From Lingula anatina (Eukaryota; Animalia; Brachiopoda): a DNA stretch of 64,000 bases. Below, one piece after another: positions 11,586-24,211 of this stretch. The notes beneath the pieces are model-generated. The model did no database searches and had not been told where the DNA came from. It saw only the letters and a list, made by a program, of their open reading frames with translations. A program made the position numbers and the translations under genes. The first letter of the stretch is position 1; each line of letters begins with the position of its first letter. The stretch lies in the NCBI GenBank assembly GCA_051362555.1, contig CM120642.1, forward strand, positions 5,332,001 through 5,396,000. Reading direction: 5' to 3'.

Positions 11586-11994
11586 AGTTTTGGGACTTGG
11601 CAGCAGAGACATAGAATTGGATGTGGACAATGTTTTATTTTTATGGACAGATGCAAGATGTCTGGATATATTGTTATTACCTGCATCTGTTATTGTTGTT
11701 GTTTGTGTTGCGTGGCACTTCCTACATTATGAAACATTGTATCAGAATTGACAAAAGAAAAACACTTTGTGCTCTTTTATCATTAGATTGGTTGTTCATC
11801 ATTTTTAGACTCTAATATCACTGCTTCTAACACTTTTGTCGTGTGTATGTTTTCCATACGAATGTGGTAACTCCATCTGGTGGTACGTATTGTAATACCC
11901 AGAGGGGGTATCGCCTCTCTGATCCTATAGTCAAATATTGAAAACAGTGTGAGTATTAGAAATATATTGGTGCAGATTCAATTAATTATAAGTT
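11586..11994 (+). pseudogene. duplicated last codons and 3' UTR of the GT31 gene (paralogue of 19672-20062)
   Basis: encodes FWDLAAET* and then colinear 3' UTR sequence; the rest of the CDS is absent. Confidence 0.85.
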
Positions 11995-12627
11995 CTAACT
12001 TCACGAGATAGCTGTTATACATAACAATAAACGTGATAACTTTGTGCTCTGCAGAACAAGTCTTCACGGCAATCTGTCGAGTCGATTTCGCCTCAGCAGT
12101 TCAAATAATCTGACTTATTTCTAAACACATTTATTTAGAGTCTATTAACGGCTAATGTCTGTTTGTAAAAGCCAGCTATCGTTTAAGTTTTGCAATAAAA
12201 AAACCCTGCAGGACGGAAATTTGCACAGATAGTAAATGGCCAGAGATATATTATTAGTCGTTCAATCAGTGAAGGGGAATATTCCGCGGTCGCGTCTACG
12301 TTATTAAAAGCGACAGTGACTAGACAGAGTAGTTCACTAGTATCTTACCAGAGACGTTGTTGTTTTTGGTCCGATAAGACCGTGCCCTAACACTCGCACG
12401 GCTGAGCCATATACTAATATAGCGTTATCCAAGAACATTAAAAAGTAAAGGCACGAACTGTACAGTGGCTTAGCTCGTCGGGACCTGGGCCAAAAAAAAA
12501 AAATAATAAAAAAAAAAAAATAAATAAAAATAAAAATAAATAAATAAATAAATAAATAAACCAACCAACCAACCAACAAACCAACCAACAAACCAACAAA
12601 CCAACCAACCAACCAACCAAAAGAAAC

Positions 12628-14860
12628 ATGTCTCAGGAGCAGTTCCACACGATGCTCGAAAATATCCGCGGTCTGACGGAGCATCGTCAAGTGGAGGCTA
12701 AGAGACAAGGCCTCCGACGGGCAGAGGAGAGAGAGAGGGACTCTCTGCAGGACTTGACAGATCTGTTTCACCTTTGCCATGGAACAGTCCCATCAGAAAC
12801 TAGACAGCGGATCGACCAAATGGAACGAGCCATCGCCCGTGGCCGCGATACTGTAACATGCTGTGCTGCCAGACTGGTCCTCAAGACCGGCCGAGGTGCC
12901 CTAGCGGCAGAGAGGGGTTATTGCCTTCACCAGCAAAATGATTATTATGGGACTGAATGGGTTGTACCCCGCGACCACATCCGCCGCTCTTTCCTATCAC
13001 CTGATAAGGTGGCCTGTCTCCGGACAGAGATTGAACAAATACAACAAACTTCTTGCGAAAATTGCACCGCCTACATCCGGCGATTTTGCAACCTCGCGAG
13101 AAAGGCATACAGTGAGACACTCTCCTTCGACGCCGAGCAGCAGCTGATCATTACTTATGCACGGTGTTTGAAGTATCGTAGGTTCACGCGCAGACTCGTA
13201 GCCGTTGCACGGCTCAACACCCTCAACGAGACACTTGCGTTCGTGGTCAACTCAGAGGTCGGCGCGCAGCTGTTCGAAAATGTCGTCGGGGAAGAATCGC
13301 GCCGTGAGGAGCCGATGGAGGTGGCTGTCAACTCCGCCGACAACCCGATGGAGCGCCTCGAGTCAGGGATTAAAACTGACCAAAGAAATATACAGTCTAA
13401 ATGAAAACCGCGCAATGCCGCTCGCAACCCCAGCGGCGAAAATAAAATGGCCAGAGATATATCAGGGGCTGGTCCGAAGATGGACCCCCCTTATGCTTTC
13501 ACTGTGGCAAGGCAGGCCACAAAAAGAGAGAATGCTAGCAGCTGAAAGGTCAGCAGAAGCGTGAGATGGACTCAGAAAACTAGCTAGTGCAAGAGACCTA
13601 CCCGACCCCCGAATAGCCGTAGATATAACGATATTAGGTGTGAAGTGCCATGACTGATAGATACGGGGGCCTTTTGCACAAGGTATTCATGACTATTTGT
13701 AAAGAAATTAGGTTAAGATTAGTACAGCCCGCTAGTGTTACTTACGGAGTGACAGGTCATGTTTTGCCAATAATCGGGGAAAAAGCAGGTTAAGGTTGAT
13801 AAGGCTTACTGATAATTAAGGCTGCGGTGGTGGCTGTTTTGATTGCGGACAGAGTTGACCTGACTACGCCCAGGAGAATATCGTCATAACATTCTTCACT
13901 GGTGTGGACGTCAATGGCCCCTAATGCGATTTTGGGGCAGTTGACCTGTTAAAAGTCTCGCCACAGTTGCACCGAAGGCTCCCTGACTGGAGTTAAATGT
14001 GTGGATGAAGTCTTGACCAGATTTGAGAACGTTTTCAGCGTGGATGGAGATCCACACGGCAAATGCAACCTCCCAGCGATGAAAATTGGCACAGGGACGA
14101 CAAAACCAATAAAGCAGCGTGCCTATCGGATCTCGTTATCTAAAGTGGTGGAATTAGAAATAAAGGAAATGCTTTAGATAATTAGACCTAGCCATCAGGA
14201 ATCAGGAATCAGCGGCGCCGCTTTTGAACTGTGGTCGGCCATATTTAGTTGGCAGATCCATAAGTACTCTGATCATCCATTCTGAATGGGGCTTTCATTA
14301 AGTATAAATGTCTAGATAGACAAGTACCAGTCCTATTTACCCACGCTTACTGCTCCCGTCGCTTTATCGTGAAGGCGTGATAAAAAGGTGCCACGAGGAA
14401 GCCGGGGCACTGCGCAACAGGCAAGACTCTAGACAAAATACAACAGAGTTATGTCTGCCGAGGTCAATAAGCAATTGGACCGCTGTGCCACGTGCAAGGT
14501 GCATAGCCTATTCCTATGCCTACTACAACGAATGGGATATGGAGAAACGCCCCTACCCACAGCTATTAACCAGATAGTAGGTATCGACCTCATAGGTCCA
14601 TTCGTGGAATCACCGAATGGCAATAAATACGTACTATTACTAGACAATGTCTCAATCTGATTGACCACTTATCAGGGTGGGTAGAAAGCTATCCTATTCC
14701 GAATCAAACATCTCAGGCCGTTGAATCCGCATTGGTTAGAGAATTCTTCCCTCGATTCTTGTTTCCAGAAATTATCATAATGGATAGAGGAATAGTGTTC
14801 TGTTCTTAGGCTTTTAAACATTTTCTACAGGTTGTCGGCGTGGAATACAGACGCACCATC
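12628..14860 (+). mobile_element. decayed Ty3/Gypsy LTR retrotransposon interior (gag, protease, RT start, integrase)
   Basis: gag-like ORF 12628-13404; frameshifted zinc knuckle CFHCGKAGHKKREC 13494-13535; protease LIDTGA 13654-13671; RT start KPIKQRAYR..EIKEML*IIRPS near 14100-14193; integrase CATC..IVGIDLIGPF..GNKYVL..PEIIIMDRG; order PR-RT-INT; stops and deletions. Confidence 0.9.
14231..14292. mobile_element. MITE end fragment related to 31081 and 42421
   Basis: GGTCGGCCATATTTAG...CATTCTGAATGGGGC resembles the right arm of those MITEs. Confidence 0.45.
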
Positions 14861-14984
14861 AGTTATTGAGTTATTCACCTGAAGTGAAGGAAAGACAGAA
14901 CGTGCCAATCGCTGCGTTTAAGAAACCTTGGCACCAAACCAAGCAGTTAAGTTCACAATCAAATCGACTATATCTTCATGTCAA

Positions 14985-14986
<2 letters not shown>

Positions 14987-15039
<53 letters not shown>
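14987..15039. repeat. (TA)n microsatellite
   Basis: about 26 TA units at the Gypsy/LINE junction. Confidence 0.9.
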
Positions 15040-15044
<5 letters not shown>

Positions 15045-16850
15045 GGAGTCAACAAAGCAAGAAGAAGCACATTCAACAAACCAGATATTGGAAGCGACCA
15101 TGATTTGGTAATGATGACTTTAAAAGTGAAGCTGAAAGCAAATTAGATGGGAAAGACCAAAACATATTTTGATCTTGAGAAACTGAAAGATCCGGAAATA
15201 GCAGCAGCATTCCAAGAAGAACTAGCTGGTAAATTTGTACCACTCCTACGTTTAGATTTCATTTCTCAAGAACTATGTGACGAGTTTACTAACACGTTGG
15301 GAAAAGTTGCAGAAGAGAAGGTCGGAAAGTCAAAGAAGGTCAAGAAGTCATAGATTACACCTGAGGTACTTAGTTAATTAAATAATTAATTAATTAAGAC
15401 GTGTGAGGAGAGAAGGGAAAAGAAGAGGAAGAAGAAAATAGGTGATAATGAGGTGGCAGAGCACAGAACATCAAATACAAGAGCAAGAAAAGCACTTACT
15501 TAGGCCAAAAACAAGTGGATTGAAAACCAAACGAAAGAAATTGAAGATAAACTTAACAAACATAACACGTGGAAGGCCTAGTTATGAGGCTGTAAAGTAG
15601 CTAAATGGTAGGAATGAAACCAAGCGGAAGCAAGCAAGTGTAACTGAAGATGCAGATGGGAGGTTGCTGACGAGAACTGAAGTTATCTTAGAGATATGGA
15701 GAAGCTGTTGCGAAGAAGTACAACTATGAGATACAGAAGGATGCCATCAAAGAACTGAAACAGAACAACTCACCTGTTGCAGATTGCATCTTCGCGGAGT
15801 AAACCCAAGTTGGAGCTAAGGCCACAGCACAGGTACGGTTTACACAAGTTTGGCAGTGAAATCTTTTAAGATTAAAAGAACTAAAATCATTGGTAAAAGA
15901 ATTAGCTCACGAATTAAAATCTGCATGATGGAGCAAGGTCTAAAGTGATGGTTGATGATCGATTCAGTGAATGATTGGTGAAAGACAAGACAAGGATGTC
16001 TACTCTCTCCAGCTTTATTCAACCTGTTTTTGTAGATGATTATGGAGGATGCTCTACATGAATACCAAGGAGAAGTGAGATGTGCAGGAAGAAGAATAAA
16101 AGACCTACGATTTGCTGATGACATTGATATTTTGAAAGAAAGCGAAGAAGGATTACAGGACATTATAAGAAGACTGGAAGAATCATCTAGGAGGTAATAT
16201 GGGATATGGAAACATATGCAGAAAATAGCGAAGCAATGACTGTTGGTAAGAGTTAAGATATGGGGCACGACGTGGTGGACGTGATGATCAAAGGCGTAAG
16301 ATTAAAGCAAGAACTTCGCTTACCTAGGACCGAAGATACTAGTATTATAACTGTAAATCAGAGGTGGAATGCGAGTAAGGATTGGAAGGGCCACTAGTGT
16401 GGACAGCACCTGGGGTGCAAAGAACATAAAGATGGACAACAAACTGCATGTTGTTGATGAGATCTGTGGTAGTTGCAACTCTGCTCTACGCATGAATATA
16501 AAAAATGAACAACGATGAACAATGAATGGGTTAAGGCAGGGCTGGGTTCCAGAATTTGTGGGCATATGGGCACAAGATGGAAGGATTTGTTAAGATTGTG
16601 AAGAAGAGTAAGTTCAAGTTTTTTTGGGCATACAGTACGAGAAAGAGGAATGGTGAGTGCAGTGATGGAAGGTGGAATGCAAGGACAGCCAGCAAGAGGG
16701 AGACCCCGAACAAACTGGATGTTAAATTTGAAAGAATGGAGTGGAGAAAGTGGGGCTGAGTTAAGTAAAAAGGCGAAGAACCTGGATGGCTGGAGACATG
16801 CTGGTAATACTTGGGTGCACCAATGGCCTAATCGGCTACGAACCAGCTGA
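15040..16850 (+). mobile_element. decayed RTE-clade LINE (APE end, RT, C-terminus)
   Basis: DIGSDHDLV (APE SDH motif); RQGCLLSPALFNL near 15990; LRFADDID at 16105-16128; RTE-type tail EGGMQGQPARGRPRTNW; many stops and frameshifts. Confidence 0.88.
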
Positions 16851-18623
16851 GTGAAAATTAAAGGATCCCCTTCTCATCTTGGGAAATCGGGTAGGTCTAT
16901 AAATTTTTTACGGTCGTAACTAATGACATTTCTTAAACCTTTTATCAAAATTCATTCTTCTTATATCTAATTTTACCAAATTAACAAAAGGACGTCAATT
17001 AGAAAACGATATAATAGATACATATTTCAGTATAATGCGCGCGCCAGAATGTTTTGGTATTGAAGTTAAATTTTCTGGCCTGATATGGCACAATTACCTG
17101 AGGTGGCACATCTCAATGTCTTGTGGCCTTACTAGGCATGTCTCCGAGCACGATCCAGTATTATATAAAGCCGGTCAGCGTAGAGTGAAGTAATAAAGTA
17201 CATCTCCAAATTCGGTGCGGTGTTATGTGATTGATGGGACCACAACAGATTCATTTCTGTGCAATGCTAGTGAATGGACGTCCGAGTTCAGCAATTCGGT
17301 CCTTATTGACAATAGTCAGGGAGGAATTTTACCAGCTGTGTTATGCAATTGGCCTTGTAAAGTACCAAATTGTCGTAAAATCGCTATATGACCGATTTAA
17401 ACTGATTTTGATAAGATTTTTTTTTATCTTTATGGTAGACAAGTATGGCATTAAGATCGGTTTATGTGGCTTTTAGGTTTATTGCCTGGTTTTTAAATCA
17501 TATGGCGATTTAACGACAAGCATTTTCTAACCAGTCAAGTTGGCAGCCGAGCGAGCACGATGTCTCTTCGAGGTAGGCTGTATTTAAATACCTGAAAGTT
17601 GATGTAAAAATTCGTGTAAGTTGAGACTAAAATAAGGGAAAGTGAAGATTTCTTGCTAATGGAGATGCAGTTATGGCGTCTGGTCTGTAGCCTGACACTC
17701 ATTGTTTGAACAGGAAAACGTGACGACAGCTAGTCAGCTGTTGTCATCGCGCCGGAAGTCCCATCATTTTGGAATTTTTTTTTTCTTAAACGTTTTTTTT
17801 AGCAGTACTTCAGGAGGTTCAAAATCCCAAAGGTTCGAAAATACTTAACGTGGGTACAGCTTACATGACACTACTTACTACATGTCTACTCCAGCAATTT
17901 GGTGCAGAAAAAAAAGGGGGGGGGCGTGCATCATGCTTTTAACCTACAAGAATGAAATTTTGTACAGTTGTGGCGAATGAAATTTAAAAAAAAAATAAAT
18001 AAAAAATACTGGATATAGGGGCATGTTTGAAAATCACCATACGGCTGCCAAGTACAACATGACCACCCAAATTCTTTTATTGATTACTTTCAAATTGTCT
18101 TTGTAAGTCATTTATAGAACTATGCTTTATTCATACTTTCTGCACCAGACTGAGCTGGTGAAAATGTACAGAGATATAATAGCAACAATAATAATGATGA
18201 TAGTAATAATAAAATACATAGATAAAAAGCACCAAAATTACATATATAGAAATGTACCATTATTATACATACATATCCAGTATTTCGTAATCATAAGCTA
18301 GGTGCGGTCTGAATGCTGAGTCAACTGCTCACTGTGCCACAGCACTGATCATACACTAGCATATCACACTACAAGTATTGTACACATGACTAAGATTTAG
18401 ATATTAATTATGCACGAGCCTGTTTTCTGCTATGTGAAACAAACCTTCATATTTATGGTAAAGTTTATATGTAGTTGAGTACTGAGAATGATATGTCTCT
18501 GTATTTTTCATTTTCCATTTAATTTTACAAAAATAATTTTATACTGTTGGACCAGGTGTAAGTTTTATTATTGAAGTTTGAGTAAAAATTTGCTACTTTT
18601 ATGGTTTTACAGGTAAATATGGA

Positions 18624-19700
18624 ATGAGTCCCCTTCTGAAGATGCTACTGAGACACAGAAAGAAGAAATGTTTTTTCATTGCCTTCGCTTTCTGCTGTGG
18701 AATCCTTGTTCTCTTGTACATATGGGACTATTATGGGTTATCAGACGTCCTGTATGAGACATCGTTTTCTGACTTTGCATGGCCTTTAAATATAAATCTT
18801 GCAGAGGCTGTTAGAAAGATACAGAATAACGAGAAACTTGACATTGCGCAAATTAATCCATTTCCGTTCAAAATACGTATGCAGAATGAAAACCTGTGCA
18901 AGGATGTGATAGTGAAAAACTCAGCTATCTTTGTATTGATTGTGGTTAAATCAGCCTGCTGGAGCTTTGAGAGTAGACATATCATAAGAAAAAGCTGGGG
19001 TAATGAGAAGACGATAAGCGTGAATCACTCCGGCACAGAGTACCAACTAGTAACAAAAAGAGTTTTCCTCATTGGCCATTCCTCATCATTGGACAGTCAG
19101 TATTTACTCAGAGAGGAATACCAGATGTACAAGGACCTCATACAAGGTGATTTTGAGGATGGATATTTCAACAATACATATAAAACAATGATGGCTTTTT
19201 CGTATGCATCTCTTCACTGTCATAATGCTCACTTTGCATTTTTCGTGGACGAGGACTTTTACATATCTAAACGAAACACAGCACAGTTTCTTGCCTCTCT
19301 CCCTGCAACAAGTGCACAGAATTTATACATAGGCTTTTCATTATTTACTAATACCAGAGTTAATAGGAACAAAAAACACAAAAGGTATGTACCACTAGCA
19401 GAGTACCCATACAGTAGAATCCCTCCATATGTATATGCCGGAGCATACATTCTCTCTATGAAAAATATTAGGGACATGTCTGTAGCAATGCATTATGTGA
19501 AATTCTTTAGAATGGACGATGTGTACCTTGGGTTGATAGCATACAGACTTGGAATTACAATCTCAGATGGCGGTAAGAGGTTTTTGATGGAATTTTATAC
19601 CTCCAGCGATGTAGTCAATTCTCATGTTATCGCTTCGCATGGATTTAGAGGCAAAATGTCGCTGATGCGGGAGTTTTGGGACTTGGCAGCAGAGACGTAA
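18624..19700 (+). CDS. GT31 beta-1,3-glycosyltransferase, brainiac/B3GALT-like, type II membrane protein
   Basis: 358-aa ORF after the acceptor ttttacag (18612); basic tail plus N-terminal TM helix; motifs VVKSA, RKSWG, DLIQGDFEDGYFNNTYK, FVDED, PPYVYAGAY, DDVYLG. Confidence 0.93.
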   Translation: MSPLLKMLLRHRKKKCFFIAFAFCCGILVLLYIWDYYGLSDVLYETSFSDFAWPLNINLAEAVRKIQNNEKLDIAQINPFPFKIRMQNENLCKDVIVKNSAIFVLIVVKSACWSFESRHIIRKSWGNEKTISVNHSGTEYQLVTKRVFLIGHSSSLDSQYLLREEYQMYKDLIQGDFEDGYFNNTYKTMMAFSYASLHCHNAHFAFFVDEDFYISKRNTAQFLASLPATSAQNLYIGFSLFTNTRVNRNKKHKRYVPLAEYPYSRIPPYVYAGAYILSMKNIRDMSVAMHYVKFFRMDDVYLGLIAYRLGITISDGGKRFLMEFYTSSDVVNSHVIASHGFRGKMSLMREFWDLAAET

Positions 19701-21716
19701 AATTGGATGTGGACAGTTTTATTTCTATGGACAGATGCAATATGTCTGGATATACAGTTATTACCTGCATCTGTTATTGTTGTTGTTTGTGTTTGTGTTA
19801 CATTATGAAACATTGTAACAAAATTGACAAAAGAAAAACATTTTGTGCTCTTTTATCATTAGAATGGTTTTAGACTCTTATCACTGCTTCTAACACTTAT
19901 GTCATTTACATGCATGTATGTTTTCCATACGAATGAGGTAACTCCATCTGGTGACCAGTACAATACCCAGAAGGGGTATCGTCTCTCTCATCCTCTAGTC
20001 AAATATTGAAAACAGTGTGAGTATTAGAAATACATTGGTGCAGATTCAATTAATTATAAGTTACTATTACTAATACCTGTGTACACCGTTCATCTTTTTG
20101 TGAACTAAGTACGCTCTCATTCAGAGCATTTCTTGCAGGGCATGCAATTTCACATTTTGTCTTTTGTGAATTTCCTGTTTTCGTATGCTTTTTAAAGAAT
20201 TGATATGTCTCGAGTTGAATGTGTGTTACTTGTTAATTGTTGGACTTTTATGTTAAAACTAGATTCCCTGTGAGTGAGCTTTTTCTCACTCACATTAAAT
20301 AAATGCAGTTATATACTGAAACTTTATAACATTGACTCCTACTTTGGTTCATCAGCTTGTAAGGAAGATCTGGATTGACTAATTTGTTTTGGGAAAAGGT
20401 GAGGGGGGCAAAACTCTGTATATACATTCTTAGTATATGGACCTCCTGTATATTGTTTTATATACTGTATTCAAGATGTTAGTGTAATATTCTGCACTGT
20501 TAGTATAGGGTCACATTTGTATTGGAAGCATATACTGTGCTCTGAAGTCCTGTATTATTACATATTGTGTTGCAAGTTGAGGCATACTTCATTGCAGAGT
20601 TTTATTCACTGCTTGCATGCACACACTTGTAATAAATTTATCAAGCAATATGAAAGCTCACAAGTACCATATTTAGCAGTGCCCTCTTTCAAATGTAATG
20701 ATGAACATTTTGGATGTAAGGTTGTATATTTGCATGTTGTTAGTTTTAGGGGGAAGGAAATGGAAATCTCTGTAACTTGCAAAAATAGGGATATGGTTAC
20801 TTTTAGCTAAGTGTCCAAAATCAGACAACTTTCAAGGCCAAATTGAGAAACATGCCATAATGATACTAGAAGTTCACCTCAGCAGCTTAAAAAGAGAGAT
20901 TTATGAGCTATTACCGTGTGTGTGTTGAGATATATGGCATATAGGACATATTTGTTTTAATGGCCCTCCGTGTCGTGCAATTTAAGTTTTGCCACATTTA
21001 GTGCTTAAGAGATTATAAACTAAAGGTAGTGACCTATGAAGGTCTGATGGCAAGATTTCAGAATAATTGTGATCATTGCTGTTTTGGTGGTAAAATAGAA
21101 TTTATGAAAATTTGATGTGCTGTTTTCCATATATATATTGTGGAATTTTGAAGAGTTGTTATCGTATTAGCATTTTTGTATTTGGCAGGGAACAAATTAT
21201 TCAACAGGAAACTGTCAGACACAGATAGTATTAATTGATTGATTTTTTAAGAACTACTTTATTATGTAGTTAATTAAGAAGTTTAAATTGTTTATCTCTG
21301 GATTATTAGCATGGGGGAAGTGGACAGTATTTATGAAAGTTCTAGTCCTTATGATAATTGAAGAGTAAATCCAACAGCAGCGTTTTAGACAGCTCATACT
21401 GTTAAAACCCTGCCTTAATTTTAAGAAATCCCACTGGTACTTAAAAGTACAATCTAGTCTATGAGAATGTTATTTTAATTTTCCCTGTACCTAAGAAAAA
21501 AATATTGCCAGTTGCATTAACTTTCTCAAATATATCCCAGAAAGTTAACAGAATTGAGTATTTCATGTATAATTGTAATTTGCATTACTTAAAAATATTA
21601 GTTTGAAGTGGGTTATGTGATAGTTTGAAGTTGTGGAGTATTATTCTGAAGTGGGACACTATCTTGCATCTCAAGCAAAAACCTGTATGTCCAACATTCC
21701 TTGCAATTTTATAATC

Positions 21717-21759
21717 AATAAAATAAATGTTCAAGACTGGTGGTGTGTTTTCCTTTATT
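21717..21759. terminator. candidate convergent poly(A) signals (GT31 gene on +, FBXW5 on -)
   Basis: AATAAAATAAA 21717-21727 followed by a GT-rich tract; TTTATT 21754-21759; strand base skew flips here. Confidence 0.45.
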
Positions 21760-23112
21760 GGTCAAATTTTGAACAGAGTTGGGCTGCTCACCTGGTACCC
21801 AGACTCCATTGACTTCATACTAAATAATACAATTTATTTGCAATAGCAATCAACACAGACAATTACATTTAATTTCACTGTTCATAATATCTCATAAGTG
21901 ATAACTTCCTGATACTTTAGCCATAAGGACTCCAGACATATGAGGTGCTGAAACCAGCATGTGAACAATATTTTTACTGGCCACCCTGGTACAATTTACC
22001 CCTGCTTCAACCCATAAGTGCCATTTGCCAGGGGTGGAGACGGGTACCATTTTTTGGAGGACTGGTAAAACCTGCCTCCTGCAGGACTATCACAAGGCCA
22101 TTTGGTCTTGCATGCTTTCATGAAACTATTAGTATTTTTAAACCCACTGAATTTGTTAAAGCATCTTTTTTCACTTTTTTCTCCAAATCTCTAATCTGTA
22201 AAAAACATTTATAAAATGACAAGTGGAAACTCAATTCCACTTGATGAAAAAATAACTTTAATGTTTTTGTAGGATTTTGTATTTTTTCCCCACAGAAGTT
22301 AAGTTTTACTCACTTGAAACATTTTAACATTCTGATGGATACTCAAAACTCTCCAGTTTATTTATGAAAAGAAAAGAACATTTAAGTTCTCAAACAAATT
22401 ATCCAATCAATTAAATGAACTTAATTCAACATCAGATTTTTTCTAAGTATGTTAAATTTGGAATAAGTTAATTAAAGGATATAATTTAAACCAATATTAA
22501 TTTAACCTTTCATCACAAATGATGTTGAAATAAGACAATCTGATTTCTCCTGCACACATTGAGAAAACATTAGAATAAAATGTGATATAAATGTAAATTT
22601 GGAAGAAATTAAATTTGAGTTGGCACTTTATATTCAGTCAGCGAGAGAAAATCAATTAAATATTAAAAATTGTTTCAATTTTAAATATAACCAGCACTTG
22701 GGGCATACCTCAAGTGTTAGACTTCAGCAGAAATATTAATTTATTCTTTAATTATTCCCCCAATCACAAAGGTCTGCCATAATTAGCATTATGCTAAAAT
22801 TAGAAATTCAAATACAGTTTTATATATCGTAGGGTAATCTTTAATTAAGGAAAGATGGCTGAACATTCAAGAATTTATTACTATTATTTATTTTATTTAA
22901 TTATTCATTTTTTCTCACTGAATGCCTTAAGTTAGCTTAAATCTCTTATGCACTCTAAAATTACAATCATATGCAAATTTTATTCAGTATCAATTTTTGA
23001 ATTCAAAGTAACTAAAAGATACCAAACGAGTAACAAAAACAAGCACTTATTTCAGATAGGTGCATAATTTCCACATATTTTCTCCATTTTTAAGGACAAA
23101 CATTTAATATAA

Positions 23113-23354
23113 TGGGTCATTCCAAATGGAACTACTGTTCTGTATAGGTTGATTCAGTTCCACAGGGACTCTTGCTGAATGCAATCTGATTAACAAACCT
23201 GACATTGAGTCGAATGCAGAAAAACTGGCAATTATGCGAATATGTATGAAGCAACAAGAGGCCTGCTAATCTCTAAATCTGATTGCATTTAGCAAGACTC
23301 CCCAGGGTATTGAATCAATCTATGTTGAACAATAGTTACATTGGGAATGAGCCC
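23113..23354. mobile_element. PIF/Harbinger-like MITE (old)
   Basis: about 70-bp imperfect TIRs GGG(C)TCATTCCxAATG..; TAA/TTA flanks. Confidence 0.7.
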
Positions 23355-23875
23355 TTAGCAAAAATAAATTTTCCTTGATATTTTAAATTCCCCTTCCTCA
23401 CCAGTGTACATTATATCAAATACTTTTCTTAGATCTGAATTACAATAATTATTCCTAATAAATGCCATTTTTTATTTTAAAGTTTCTAGTTTTTGGGTAA
23501 ACTAGCAGTTTAGATGGAGACAGTTGAATGACTGTTAAAATAAGGATTTTAGAACTCAAAAACTGATTATTATTCAATATAAGTTAAAGAAAGGAAATAC
23601 CTTCATGATAAAGGAAATTACATTAGTTCTTTGGTACAGTGTTTGCCTATAAAACTTTATGTGTTTAATTGCCAATCTACCTCACTGGATATATAGCCCG
23701 CCCACAAGGTCTATTAAAGTAATACAAACTACCATCCATATGTATAAAGGTGTTGTTACAACAATTACCTTTATTTTTGCAATAAACAAAGACAACATGA
23801 AATTCCATAATATGTGTGAATCTAGCCAAGTTTATATCTATTAGCATGCAGTAAACAAAATTAACTATCCTCTTA

Positions 23876-24211
23876 AGCCTAGTTAAAATTCTCTCAACAT
23901 TGCACTGAACATCGCTCGATCAACATTTGTAGAGTAATGTTCAGTGATTTTGAGTAAGGCTGCTAAAATGCATTCAACAATTTCACTCGATCAACATTTG
24001 TTGTGCGGTGGAAATTCAACTTCCGAACACTTTGAAGATCCAGGGGTGGTTAAAAGCTCTCATCATCTCTCAACAACAACAAATGTTGAGTTGACCCACT
24101 CTGGATACTGCTGTACATCACTCAACAGGGGGCTAAAAACTCAGTCAACATTTGCCGTTAACAAATGTAGAGCAATGTTAAGTGAAATGTTTAGAGCATT
24201 TTAACTAAGCC
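23876..24211. mobile_element. PIF/Harbinger-like MITE (old)
   Basis: imperfect TIRs rGCyTAGTTAAAAT.CTCT.AACATT; TTA/TAA flanks; internal repeats of TCAACATTTG. Confidence 0.7.

Noticed and set aside
12337-12780. 147-aa hydrophobic minus-strand ORF
   Set aside because: The hydrophobic part is translated (TTGG)n/(TTTA)n microsatellite; the rest is antisense to gag
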